DNA of 64,000 nucleotides from an uncultured delta proteobacterium. GTDB taxonomy: Bacteria > Myxococcota_A > Polyangia > Fen-1088. Numbering within the stretch: position 1 is the stretch's first letter; the number at the start of each line of letters is the position of its first letter. Below are positions 10,220-22,505 of the stretch, in pieces. The stretch covers positions 352,001 to 416,000 of the forward strand of contig CAVYGB010000006.1 in NCBI GenBank assembly GCA_963767925.1. The letters run 5' to 3'. The notes beneath the pieces were generated by a model. The model was given only the letters and a program-made list of their open reading frames with translations. It did not search any database and had not been told where the DNA came from. Position numbers and translations under genes: made by a program.

Positions 10220-10223
<4 letters not shown>
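9393..10223 (-). CDS. Exported TPR-containing protein with C-terminal hydrophobic segments
   Basis: Signal peptide, TPR-like YIFNQGRCYQKNGHHAEALARFQMYL, Pro-rich linker. Overlaps the kinase stop by 4 nt. Confidence 0.7.
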
Positions 10224-11642
<1,419 letters not shown>

Positions 11643-11945
11643 AGGCGCTCTCCTGGTCCGGTAGGCCGGGCCTCGGGTTTAAGCGTGGGTAACAAAGGTG
11701 TCAAGGCGCCCAGCGTCCGGGCAGATTCGGGGCCAAACGAACGAACCGTGCCGTTTCGACGAAGGAAAAACCGGACCTCAGGGTCGGGGTGGTTTCCTCG
11801 CGCGGGCCGGATCGCACCTTGACACCATCTCGCAGGACGAACTAAACGAAAAATCTGACGCTCCGTTTCCCGGGCCCTGACGGAGCGCCCCGGGGCGTCC
11901 GGGTTCCTCCCCGGCCACCTCCGGAAACAGGAAAGGACAGACACC

Positions 11946-13462
<1,517 letters not shown>

Positions 13463-13469
13463 GCCGGAG

Positions 13470-14741
13470 ATGCCGCCCCGCCCGCGCGCCGCCCGCCTCG
13501 GCCTGTGCGCCGCCGCCACCCTGGCGCTGGCCGGGACGGCCCACGCGCAGACCCGGGACGACCCGGGCAAGACCCGGGCGGCCGCCCTGGTCGAGCGGGC
13601 GCAGCGGGTCTGCGGCCGCGGGGCGCACGCCGAGGCGTTGACCGCCCTGGTGGAGGCCTTCCGCCTCTATCCCCACCCGCGCATCCGCTACCGGGGCGGC
13701 GTCGAGCATCAGCACCTGGGACAGCTCGTCGAGGCCATCGAGGCGTTCGAGAGCTACCTCAGCGAGCCCGAGCGCGAGCCGGAGTACGTCGCCGACGCCG
13801 TCTCGCGGATGAACCTGATCCGCCCCGGCCTGGGCAACGTCGACATCCTCGCCGAGACGGGCGTGGCGGTCGAGGTCGATGGCCGCGCGCGCGGCCGCAC
13901 GCCGATGAGCCGCCTGCGGCTGGTGGCCGGGAACCACCGCATCACTCTGCGCAAGCCGGGCTTCCGCCCCGTCCAGACCACCGTGCACGTGGTGCCGGGC
14001 CAGACCACCCCGGTGCCGGTCGCCCTCACCCCCGAGGGGCCGGCCCCGGCGCCAGCGAGCCCGGCGCCGACGAGCCCGGCGCCGACGAGCCCGGCGGCGT
14101 CGAGCCCGGTGGCATCGAGCCCGGCGGCGTCGAGCGCCGGCTACGCGCCGCCCCTGCTCACCGACCCGGCCCTCCCCCCGCTGGCCCCGGCGTTCCAGGC
14201 ACCGGGGCCGGCCGGCGCCTCGCCGATCGAGATCGGCCTGCTGTTCAGCGGCGGCGTCTGGACCACCGGCATCGGCGAGACCGGGACCACCCTGGGCGCC
14301 GCGGTGGGCGGGGCGTACCGGTTGCCATACCGGCTGCTGGGGAAAGGGCTCACGCTTCACGTCGGCCCGCGCGTCACCGTCAACACCATCTCCGACCTCG
14401 GCCGCACGGCCTACGCCACCGGGTTCCTGGTGGCCCCGCAGGTCCGGCTGGAGGTGGTGCCCCGGCGCGTGCGCGCCTCGTTCGAGCTCGGCACCGGGCT
14501 GCTGGTGGTCTGGGGCCTGCTTCCCCGCTCGATGGTGTTGATCCCCGAGTCCTCCGAGGTGACCGGCGGGCTCAGCACCTTCGCCCTTCGCCCGGTGCTC
14601 TCCTTCGAATATCTCCTGGGCCCGGACATCGCCTTCCTCATGGGCATGGCGGCGGCCTGGTCGCCCCGGCCGGACCCTGCCTTCCGGCAGCGCTTCCTGG
14701 TGCGGATCGACTTCGCCGTCGGGCTCTCCTGGGCGCTCTGA
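13470..14741 (+). CDS. Exported TPR + PEGA domain protein with a possible C-terminal beta-barrel
   Basis: ATG at 13470, signal peptide, TPR-like region, PEGA motif VEVDGRARGRTP..GNHRITLRKPGF, amphipathic strands at the C-terminus. Confidence 0.75.
   Translation: MPPRPRAARLGLCAAATLALAGTAHAQTRDDPGKTRAAALVERAQRVCGRGAHAEALTALVEAFRLYPHPRIRYRGGVEHQHLGQLVEAIEAFESYLSEPEREPEYVADAVSRMNLIRPGLGNVDILAETGVAVEVDGRARGRTPMSRLRLVAGNHRITLRKPGFRPVQTTVHVVPGQTTPVPVALTPEGPAPAPASPAPTSPAPTSPAASSPVASSPAASSAGYAPPLLTDPALPPLAPAFQAPGPAGASPIEIGLLFSGGVWTTGIGETGTTLGAAVGGAYRLPYRLLGKGLTLHVGPRVTVNTISDLGRTAYATGFLVAPQVRLEVVPRRVRASFELGTGLLVVWGLLPRSMVLIPESSEVTGGLSTFALRPVLSFEYLLGPDIAFLMGMAAAWSPRPDPAFRQRFLVRIDFAVGLSWAL
14056..14135 (+). 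repeat. Coding 15-bp tandem repeat (SPAPT/SPAAS linker)
   Basis: About five copies of CGAGCCCGGYGSCRW within the PEGA gene. Confidence 0.8.
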
Positions 14742-14779
14742 GCCGCGCTGCTATATTGGCCGGCCGCAGGCGCGCGACC

Positions 14780-16786
14780 ATGGCCCACCCTCCTCCCCTT
14801 TTCTCGAAGCTCCCGGGCGACGCGCGCGCGCAGGCGCGGGCCGCCGTCCGCTGTTTCGCCGCCGCTGTCGTTGTCGTCGCCGTCGCCCTCTCGGGCTGCG
14901 GCTCCGACGAGCCGCCGGCGCAGGCCTGCGGGATGGAGGAGGTGGCTCACGTCGATCCGCTGCCTCCCCCGGACAGCCCCTTCGAATACCGCTACAGCGA
15001 GGTGGCGGCGCGAGGGGGCATCGCCTACCTCGGCGCCACCCGGGGCGCGGGCGTGCAGATCATCGACGTGGCGGCGGGCCGGAGCATCGGGGTCCTCGAC
15101 GCCGGCCTGGCCGGCACCATCAACAGCGTCGCGCTGGACGGCAACCTGCTGGTCTTCGCCGCCGGCGGCAACGGCATCGTGGCCTACGACGTCTCCGATC
15201 CCCGCCAGCCCGCCCGCCGCGCCCACCAGCGCGAGCCGGTCTCTTATTGCCACACGGTGTTCGTCCACCGCGATCTCGTGGCCTGCTCCACGTCGTCGCC
15301 CGACGAGCCCCACCTGGCGTTTTATCGGGTCGTCAAGCCCGCCGACCCGACCGCGCCGCTCGAGATCGTGGCCGCCGGCAGCTACAGCGAGCCGCTCACG
15401 CCCGAGGAGATCCAGAACGAGGCCGATATCCTCGTGCACGACGTGTTCGTGCACGAGCGGGGCAGCCGCATCCTGGCCTACCTGGCCTACTGGGAGCGGG
15501 GCCTGCACATCGTCGACGTGACCGACCCGGCCCGGCCGCAGGTCGTGGGCCGCAGCGCGCCCACCCCCACCCGCTGGACCCACAGCGTGTGGGTCGACGG
15601 CGACTTCGCCTACGTCGGCGAGGAGAGCTACCACGGCCTGGTCCGGGTCTTCGACGTCGCCGACCCCGCCGCGCCGGTCGAGATCGGCCAGCTCCGCTCG
15701 AGCGAGGGCGACGCCATCAGCGCCCACAACCTGCAGGTGGCCGGCGGCGTGCTCTACGTGAGCTGGTACCAGGACGGCCTGCGCGCCTTCGCCGCCCGGG
15801 GGGCGGCCGCGCCCGCCGAGATCGGCTGGTTCCACACCTGGAATGGCGCCGACAACCGGGCCAACCCCGGCCCCTCGGACGCTCGCTTTGCCGGCAACTG
15901 GGACGTCTTCGTCGACGGGGATAAGATCTACGCCGCCGACATGCAGACCGGCCTGTGGGTGCTCCGCCACCCGGCGGGGGCTGCGTCCCCGCCCTGCCCG
16001 GCCGACCGGACGCGGGGAACCAGCGCCTTCGCCAAGGCGGGACGCCCGCCGTTCGGCTGGACGGCGCTGCTGCCCCGCCGCCTGCGGCCCGCTCGCACGG
16101 TGCCCGTGTTCGGGGTGCTGGGCTCTGTCGATCCCTACTTCGACCTGAGCGACGAGCTGGCGCGCAGCCTGGGCCCGGCGCTCGGCCTCGCGGGCGCCCG
16201 GGTCGGGCCGACCGAGGTCCTGCCCGGACCGCCCGGACGCGCGGTCTCCTACCGGGTGGTGACCAGCCTCGTCGAGCTCCCCGCCGCGCTGGGGCCCGGA
16301 TCGCTGCCCCTGTCCGCGGCGCTCGCCGACGAGGGCGTCACCCGCCGCCTGGTGCGCCCCGTCGAGGTGCTGCCGGCCGCCCCGCCCAACCGGGACCTCG
16401 AGCCCAACGAGGACGAGTGGACCTCCGGCCTCCTGGTGCCCGACGCGGCCGGCCGGGCCACCTGCCCGGGCCTGTTCGAGGGCGGCGACCGCTTCGATCT
16501 CTATACCCTCGCCCCGCCGGGCGCCGCCCGCGGGCTGCGCATCCGGCTGGTCACCGCCCCGGCCAGCGCCGGTGCGCCCGGACCGGCCGCGCGGCTGACC
16601 GTGTCCCGGTCGAGCAACGGAGAGCAGGCCTTCGGCGATCCGGTGCAGCAGGAGATCTCCGGCCAGTGGGAGCAGGCCGTCACGGTGCCGGCCGGCGAGC
16701 AGGAGCCCCTGCTGATCGGGGTGGACCCCATCTCGCCCGCCGGCGACGCCCCGATTTCGTATACCCTGGAGGCCAGCCCGCCCTGA
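14780..16786 (+). CDS. LVIVD-repeat beta-propeller lipoprotein
   Basis: ATG at 14780, lipobox LSGC, repeated motifs GVQIIDV, GIVAYDVSDP, GLHIVDVTDP, VRVFDVADP, HN..SWYQDG; C-terminal DLEPNE domain. Confidence 0.8.
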   Translation: MAHPPPLFSKLPGDARAQARAAVRCFAAAVVVVAVALSGCGSDEPPAQACGMEEVAHVDPLPPPDSPFEYRYSEVAARGGIAYLGATRGAGVQIIDVAAGRSIGVLDAGLAGTINSVALDGNLLVFAAGGNGIVAYDVSDPRQPARRAHQREPVSYCHTVFVHRDLVACSTSSPDEPHLAFYRVVKPADPTAPLEIVAAGSYSEPLTPEEIQNEADILVHDVFVHERGSRILAYLAYWERGLHIVDVTDPARPQVVGRSAPTPTRWTHSVWVDGDFAYVGEESYHGLVRVFDVADPAAPVEIGQLRSSEGDAISAHNLQVAGGVLYVSWYQDGLRAFAARGAAAPAEIGWFHTWNGADNRANPGPSDARFAGNWDVFVDGDKIYAADMQTGLWVLRHPAGAASPPCPADRTRGTSAFAKAGRPPFGWTALLPRRLRPARTVPVFGVLGSVDPYFDLSDELARSLGPALGLAGARVGPTEVLPGPPGRAVSYRVVTSLVELPAALGPGSLPLSAALADEGVTRRLVRPVEVLPAAPPNRDLEPNEDEWTSGLLVPDAAGRATCPGLFEGGDRFDLYTLAPPGAARGLRIRLVTAPASAGAPGPAARLTVSRSSNGEQAFGDPVQQEISGQWEQAVTVPAGEQEPLLIGVDPISPAGDAPISYTLEASPP

Positions 16787-16878
16787 GACGCTCGCGGCGC
16801 CTCCCGGGCTGGCACCGTCAGGCGCTCCAAACGCCGTCGTTCACGACCAGGTACCGCGGGTCGAAGGAGGGAAGCCAA

Positions 16879-18927
16879 ATGCGCTCATCTGCTTGTGTCG
16901 GAAACATGCTGCGCGTCTCTGCCCTGGCGGCGCTGTCCGCGCTGGGAGGCTGCGGGACGGGAAACGCCGTGATCCGCGGGCAGAGCCCACCGCCCGAGGA
17001 GCCGCCGGCCGCCGCCCGCAGCAGCTACCGCTACGACGCCGTGCCGCTCATCGCCCGGCAGGTGCTGTTCGGAAACCCGAGCAAGGTCGCCCCCGCCCTC
17101 TCCCCCCGCGGCGATCAGCTCGCCTACCTGGCGCCCGACGAGGGGGTGCTCAACGTCTTCGTCAAGAGCACCGGCAAGGACGACGACCGGGTCGTCACCG
17201 CCGATCGCCTGCGCGGCATCCGCCAGTACCAGTGGGCGGAGAACGGCAAGCAGCTCATCTACCTGCAGGACCAGGGCGGCGACGAGAACTGGCACATCTA
17301 CGTGGTGGCGGTGGCGGGCGGCGAGGCTGCCCGCGATCTCACCCCCTTCCCCAAGGTGCAGGCCCAGATCCTGGGGGCCGAGCCCGACTTCCCCGACGAG
17401 CTCCTGATCGGGCTGAACGACCGCGACCCCCAGCACCACGACGTCTACCGGGTCAACCTGCAGACCGGCAAGCGCCGCCTGATCTTCAAGAACGAGATCG
17501 GAGCGGTGGGGTTCGTGGCCGACCACCGCCTGCAGCTCCGGGTCCTCCAGATCCTCGAGCCCGACGGCGGGGCCAAGCTGCTCTACCGCCGGGGGGGCAG
17601 CGGCGACTTCCGCGAGCTCACGAGCTGGGGCGCCGAGGACATGTTCACCACCGGCCCGGTCGGCTTCGCCGGCGACGACCAGACCCTTTACCTGCTCAGC
17701 AGCGTCGGCAGCAACACCGTCGAGCTGCGGGCCCTCGACCTGCGCACCGGCCAGCAGCGCACGCTGGCCAGCGACGCCGAGGCCGACGTCACCGAGCTGC
17801 ACATCAACCCGCGCAGCAACAACGTCGAGGCGGTGGGCATCACCCGCGCCCGCCTGGAGTGGAAGGTGCTGGATCCCAGGGTCGAGGCCGACTTCGCGGC
17901 GGTGGCCAAGCTGGGCGACGGCGATCGCGCCATCGTGAGCCAGGACAACCGCGCCCGCACCTGGCTGGTGCGGGTCGACGACGACAACGGGCCGCCCCAC
18001 TACTACACCTACGACCGCCAGGGCCAGCAGGGGACCTTCCTGTTCTCCAGCCGCCCGGAGCTGGACAAGGCGGAGCTGGCCGAGATGCGGCCGGTGAGCT
18101 ACCAGGCCCGCGACGGCCTCACCATCCACGGCTACCTGACGCTGCCGCCGAAGGTGCGGGCCGAGAAGCTGCCCCTGGTGGTCCACCCCCACGGCGGCCC
18201 CTGGTACCGCGACACCTGGGGCTTCGATCCGACCGCGCAGTGGCTGGCCAACCGGGGCTACGCCGTGTTGCAGCCCAACTTCCGGGGGTCGACCGGCTAC
18301 GGCAAGAAGTTCCTCAACGCCGCCGACCGGGAGTGGGGTGGCAAGATGCAAGCCGACATCACCGACGGGACGCGCTGGTTGATCGCCCAGGGCATCGCCG
18401 ACGCCAGCCACGTCTGCATCATGGGCGGCTCTTACGGCGGGTACGCCACCCTGATGGGCCTGGCCAGCGAGCCTGACCTGTACGCCTGCGGGGTGGACAT
18501 CGTGGGGGTGGCCAACCTCATCACCTGGCTCAACACAATCCCGCCGTACTGGATCCCCTTCCGCCACGTGTTGCACCAGCGGGTCGGTCACCCCGAGCGG
18601 GACGAGGCCTTCCTGAAGGCGCGCTCGCCGGTGTTCCTGGCCGACAAGATCCGGGCGCCGCTGCTGATCGCCCAGGGGGCCAACGACCCCCGGGTCCCGC
18701 GGGCCGAATCGACCCAGATCCGCGACGCCATCCAGAAGGCGGGCCGCACCGTGGAGTACGTGGAGTTCCACGACGAGGGGCACGGCTTCGCCCGGCCGGA
18801 GAACCGGCTGCGCTTTTACGGCCTGGCCGAGGTCTTCTTGAACCGCTACCTCGGCGGACGGGCGGAGCCCGACCCGGCCAGCGTGACGCCGCCCCCAACG
18901 GTGGGCCTGGCTCCCGCTCCGCAATGA
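16879..18927 (+). CDS. S9-family peptidase (dipeptidyl aminopeptidase / acylaminoacyl peptidase), probable lipoprotein
   Basis: AAGGAGG SD before ATG 16879; HGGP, NFRGSTGYG, nucleophile GGSYGG, QGANDPRV, DEGHGF; lipobox-like LGGC. Confidence 0.93.
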   Translation: MRSSACVGNMLRVSALAALSALGGCGTGNAVIRGQSPPPEEPPAAARSSYRYDAVPLIARQVLFGNPSKVAPALSPRGDQLAYLAPDEGVLNVFVKSTGKDDDRVVTADRLRGIRQYQWAENGKQLIYLQDQGGDENWHIYVVAVAGGEAARDLTPFPKVQAQILGAEPDFPDELLIGLNDRDPQHHDVYRVNLQTGKRRLIFKNEIGAVGFVADHRLQLRVLQILEPDGGAKLLYRRGGSGDFRELTSWGAEDMFTTGPVGFAGDDQTLYLLSSVGSNTVELRALDLRTGQQRTLASDAEADVTELHINPRSNNVEAVGITRARLEWKVLDPRVEADFAAVAKLGDGDRAIVSQDNRARTWLVRVDDDNGPPHYYTYDRQGQQGTFLFSSRPELDKAELAEMRPVSYQARDGLTIHGYLTLPPKVRAEKLPLVVHPHGGPWYRDTWGFDPTAQWLANRGYAVLQPNFRGSTGYGKKFLNAADREWGGKMQADITDGTRWLIAQGIADASHVCIMGGSYGGYATLMGLASEPDLYACGVDIVGVANLITWLNTIPPYWIPFRHVLHQRVGHPERDEAFLKARSPVFLADKIRAPLLIAQGANDPRVPRAESTQIRDAIQKAGRTVEYVEFHDEGHGFARPENRLRFYGLAEVFLNRYLGGRAEPDPASVTPPPTVGLAPAPQ

Positions 18928-19262
18928 CCTGGAAGCAGCTCTGCAAGCTGGGCCGGGCCCTGCCCGAGGTGGACGAGGGCATCTGGTTTCGCACGCCGGC
19001 CCTCAAGGTGCGGGGCAAGTCCTTCGTGCGGCTGCGCGAGGACAACGAGACCGTCGTCTTCCTGGTCGAGAGCGTCGACGAGCAGGAAGGCCTGATCGAG
19101 ACCCGCCCGAAGATCTACTACATCACCGACCACTACCGGGGCTACCCGGCCGTGCTGGCGCGGCTGGCAGCCCTACCGGTGCCCGAGGCGCGCGTGCGCC
19201 TCGAGCGCGCCTGGCGGATCAAGGCGCCAAAGCGGCTGGTCGCCCAGCTCGAGGCGGGCTAG
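18924..19262 (+). CDS. MmcQ/YjbR-family protein
   Basis: LPEVDEGIWFRTPALKVRGKSF..TDHYRGYPAVLARL..AWRIKAPKRL; 4-nt overlap with the peptidase. Confidence 0.85.
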   Translation: MTWKQLCKLGRALPEVDEGIWFRTPALKVRGKSFVRLREDNETVVFLVESVDEQEGLIETRPKIYYITDHYRGYPAVLARLAALPVPEARVRLERAWRIKAPKRLVAQLEAG

Positions 19263-19603
19263 TCCCCTGGAACGGTGAAGGCTTGCATATGTCGGCGAGG
19301 CATCTTCGTTCCTGGCAAGGCGCGAGGAGGGCGAATACCGGGCGTATTTAACCGACGAGCAACGCAGCCAGGGACGAAGAGGACCGGCGAGATATGCAAG
19401 AAATCACCGTTCCAGGGGACTAGTGCACCGCTCTCGAAATAGCGTCGAGGATCCGCCGACAAGCCTGCGGCCCCGCGAGGCGCGACGACGACGAATATCC
19501 GGCATATTCCGAGGAGGAGCAACGAAGCAGGGGCGCAGGATCGTCGGCGCAGCCTTGACGATATTTCGACTGCGGTGCACTAGTCCCCTGGAAAGGGGAC
19601 CAG
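19259..19603. repeat. Two tandem CTAG-bounded palindromic MITE-like cassettes plus a collapsed third copy
   Basis: CTAG at 19259, 19420 and 19580. Each interval folds into a long hairpin and both share a 52-nt core. Confidence 0.8.
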
Positions 19604-19646
19604 GGCGGCGCGGCCTCGCGCAGGGCCCTGGCTGACCGGAGCCGCC

Positions 19647-20552
19647 GTGGCGGTCCTGCTGAGCCTGCTGTCGGCGTTCCTGCATGCCCTGTGGAACGCC
19701 CTGCTCAAGCGCGAGCGGGACAAGGATCTGGCGGGGGTGGCGGTGGTGGTGGTCGCCGCGGCGGTGGCGCTCGTCATCGCGCTGGCCCTCGCGCTGCTCG
19801 AGGGGCGGGTGCCCTTCGGCGACCGGGGCGCGCTGGCCTGGTCGCTGGGGGCGGGGCTGTTCGAGGGCGGGTACTTCATCACCCTCGTGATGGCGCTGCA
19901 GCGGGCGCCCCTCGGGCTGGCCTACACCGTGTCTCGCGGCAGCGCGATCCTGCTGGTCTGGCCCCTGTCGGTGCTCTGGCTGCACGAGGCCGTCACGCCG
20001 GCGGCCGCGGTCGGCTCGGCCCTGCTGGCGCTGGGGCTGGTTGTCGCCGGCCTCGAGCGGGGCGGCGGGCGAGGGGCCCTGCCCCTGGCGGCCCTGTGCG
20101 GCGGGTTCATCGCCGGCTACCACCTCTGCTACAAGCAGGCGCTGGCCGGCGAGCCCTCGGCCGCTGCGATCTTCGCGCTGGCGCTGGCGGTGGCGGCCCC
20201 GCTCAACCTCCTCCGCCTGGGCGCCCGACGGCCCGCGCTGCTGGCGGCGCTGCGGGAACGGCCCGGGGCCTTCCTGGTCGGCGGCGCGCTCTGCGCGGCG
20301 TCGTTCCTCGTCTTCCTGGTCGCCCTGCGCGACGCCGGCGCGGGGCTGGTCCTGACCCTGCGCAACAGCTCGATCCTGTTCGCGGTGGTCCTGGGCGCGC
20401 TGCTTGGCGAGCCGACGAGCCGCCGGGCGGTCGCCGGGGCGATCGTCGTCGCCCTCGGCGCGACCGTGCTCGGCGGGGCGGGGAGGACCCCCGAGAGGTC
20501 CCCCTCCTCCCCGGGGAGCACGACCCGCGGGGCGGGCCGGCCGGGTCCCTGA
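19647..20552 (+). CDS. EamA/DMT-family transporter
   Basis: LLSAFLHALWNALLK, AYTVSRG, LRNSSILFAVVLGALLGE; about ten hydrophobic segments. Confidence 0.88.
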   Translation: MAVLLSLLSAFLHALWNALLKRERDKDLAGVAVVVVAAAVALVIALALALLEGRVPFGDRGALAWSLGAGLFEGGYFITLVMALQRAPLGLAYTVSRGSAILLVWPLSVLWLHEAVTPAAAVGSALLALGLVVAGLERGGGRGALPLAALCGGFIAGYHLCYKQALAGEPSAAAIFALALAVAAPLNLLRLGARRPALLAALRERPGAFLVGGALCAASFLVFLVALRDAGAGLVLTLRNSSILFAVVLGALLGEPTSRRAVAGAIVVALGATVLGGAGRTPERSPSSPGSTTRGAGRPGP

Positions 20553-20603
20553 GCGACGGACGAAACCGAGCGCGCCGGCGCGGACCGTCGCTATGATGGG
20601 CAG

Positions 20604-21434
20604 GTGGCGATGGCAGAGCCCGACCTCGGCCCGGCCGAGATCTACGACCGGTATTACGGACCGGCCATGTTCGCCCCCTGGGCGGAGGTGCTCCTGCAGC
20701 TCGCGGCGCCTCGACCGGGAGAACGGGCCCTCGACCTGGCCTGCGGCACCGGGATCGTGACCCGCCAGCTCGCCCCCCGGCTCGGGCCGGGCGGGAGCCT
20801 GGTGGCGGTCGACCTGCGGCCCACCATGCTGGCCGTCGCGCGCAGCCTGCCCCCGCCGGAGGGCGCGGCGGTGGACTGGCGGCAGGGGGACGCGATGGCC
20901 CTGGCGCTGCCCGGGGGGGCCTTCGATCTGGTGGTCTGCCAGCAAGGGCTGCAGTTCTTCGCCGATCGAGCGGCGGCCCTGCGCGAGGTCCGCCGGGTGC
21001 TCGCCCCCGGCGGGCGCGCCGCCTTCGCCGTGTGGCGGGAGGTGGCGCAGCAGGGGGTGTTCCAGGCCCTCGTCGCCGCCGAGATCCGGCACCTGGCCCC
21101 GCTGGGCATCACGGCGGCCCACGCCAACGCCCCCTTCGTGCTGGGCGATCCGGCCGAGCTGCGGGGGCTGTTCGAAGGGGCCGGCTTCGGCCGGATCGAG
21201 GTGCTCGCCCGGAGGCTCGACGCCTCCTTCACCGAGCCGGATCGCTTCGTGGCCCGCTCCGAGCTGGCCTACGCCAGCGTCATGCCCGAATACCTGCGGC
21301 AGCCCGCCGCCTTCCGGGCCTACGTCGCCGCCATCGAGCGCGACGTCCAGCCGGTGATCGAGCAGCAGCGCCAGGGTGACCGCCTGATCTTCCCCATGCA
21401 CGCCCACCTCGTCCTCGCCCAGGTGATGCCATGA
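20604..21434 (+). CDS. Class I SAM-dependent methyltransferase (UbiE-like)
   Basis: ALDLACGTG, GDAMAL, FDLVVCQQGLQFF, RVLAPGG. Confidence 0.92.
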   Translation: MAMAEPDLGPAEIYDRYYGPAMFAPWAEVLLQLAAPRPGERALDLACGTGIVTRQLAPRLGPGGSLVAVDLRPTMLAVARSLPPPEGAAVDWRQGDAMALALPGGAFDLVVCQQGLQFFADRAAALREVRRVLAPGGRAAFAVWREVAQQGVFQALVAAEIRHLAPLGITAAHANAPFVLGDPAELRGLFEGAGFGRIEVLARRLDASFTEPDRFVARSELAYASVMPEYLRQPAAFRAYVAAIERDVQPVIEQQRQGDRLIFPMHAHLVLAQVMP

Positions 21435-21841
21435 CCCAGCTCCTCGTGAACATCGACGTCGACGACCTGGATCGGGCCGTCCAGTTTTACAGCGAGTCCC
21501 TCGCCCTGCGCCCTGCCCGGCGGTTCGGCCGCGCCGCCGTCGAGCTGCTGGGGGCAGCGGCGCCGATCTACCTGCTGCGCAAGCAGCCACACAGCCTCCC
21601 CTTCGCAGGCGCCACCACCGGACGCGACTTCGGCCGCCACTGGACCCCCGTCCACCTCGACTTCGCGGTCGACGACCTCGAGGCCGCCGTCGCGCGCGCC
21701 CGGTCGGCCGGCGCCACCGCCGAGGGGGAGATCAGCACCCACGCCTGGGGCCGGATGGCGCTGCTGGCCGATCCCTTCGGCAACGGCTTCTGCCTGCTCC
21801 AGTTCAGCGAACGCGGCTACGACGCCATCACCACCGGCTGA
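21431..21841 (+). CDS. VOC/glyoxalase-family protein
   Basis: NIDVDDLDRAVQFY, VHLDFAVDDL, ADPFGNGFCL. Confidence 0.9.
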   Translation: MTQLLVNIDVDDLDRAVQFYSESLALRPARRFGRAAVELLGAAAPIYLLRKQPHSLPFAGATTGRDFGRHWTPVHLDFAVDDLEAAVARARSAGATAEGEISTHAWGRMALLADPFGNGFCLLQFSERGYDAITTG

Positions 21842-21851
21842 GGAGGGACCC

Positions 21852-22388
21852 ATGGCCCGAGCGGGGGAGCGCGGACGAAACGAAAAGGGGGCGCCAGCCA
21901 GGAAGGTGGCGGTTGCGGCGGCCAGGGCATCCAGATCGCGGGCGCCTTTCCTCACCTTCCGGACCACGATCTTCCGGGACGGCTCGACCTGTTTCATCCC
22001 GGTGCCGTTCGATCCCACCCCCGTGTTCGGCAAGGTGCGGGCGCCGGTGACCGTGACCCTCAACGGCTTCAGCTACCGGAGCACCATCGCCACGATGGGC
22101 GACGGCCCCTGCCTGCCCCTGCGCCGGAGCAACCGCGAAGCCGCCGGGGTCGAGGGCGGCGAGACGCTCACGGTGACCCTCACCCTCGACACCGCCAAGC
22201 GCGAGATCGAGCCCCCCGCCGATCTGGTGCGCGCGCTGCGCGCCACCCCGGGCGCCTGGCAACGCTGGCAGGCGCTCAGCTTCAGCCACCAGCGCGAGCA
22301 CGTCGAGGCCGTCGCGAGCGCGAAGAAGCCCGAGACCCGCACCCGCCGCATCGCCGCCACCGTGAAGGCCCTGAAGCCCGCGCGCTGA
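21852..22388 (+). CDS. DUF1905 + YdeI/OmpD-associated domain protein
   Basis: FGKVRAPVTVTLNGFSYRSTI and LSFSHQREHVEAVASAKKPETRTRR; AGGAGG SD. Confidence 0.85.
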   Translation: MARAGERGRNEKGAPARKVAVAAARASRSRAPFLTFRTTIFRDGSTCFIPVPFDPTPVFGKVRAPVTVTLNGFSYRSTIATMGDGPCLPLRRSNREAAGVEGGETLTVTLTLDTAKREIEPPADLVRALRATPGAWQRWQALSFSHQREHVEAVASAKKPETRTRRIAATVKALKPAR

Positions 22389-22505
22389 CCCACCCCCCCA
22401 GCGCCTCCTGGTGGACGCTGGTGGCGACAGCCCTGGGCACCGTCGGAGCGGCGACCCTGCCCGGGGGCCTGCTGCTGGCGGGAGCGGCCGGCGTATGATG
22501 GCGCC

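Noticed and set aside
13505..14779. N-terminal extension making a 1093-aa LVIVD protein
   Set aside because: It overlaps the PEGA gene in another frame and is Arg/Pro/Gly-rich; the signal peptide starts after ATG 14780.
16862..16871. att-site duplicate of the tRNA-Asn 3' end (CGAAGGAGGG)
   Set aside because: Only 10 nt long and explained as the Shine-Dalgarno of the S9 peptidase.
19259..19635. Small ORFs 19259..19522 (-) and 19423..19635 (+)
   Set aside because: They lie within the palindromic cassettes and show no recognisable motifs.
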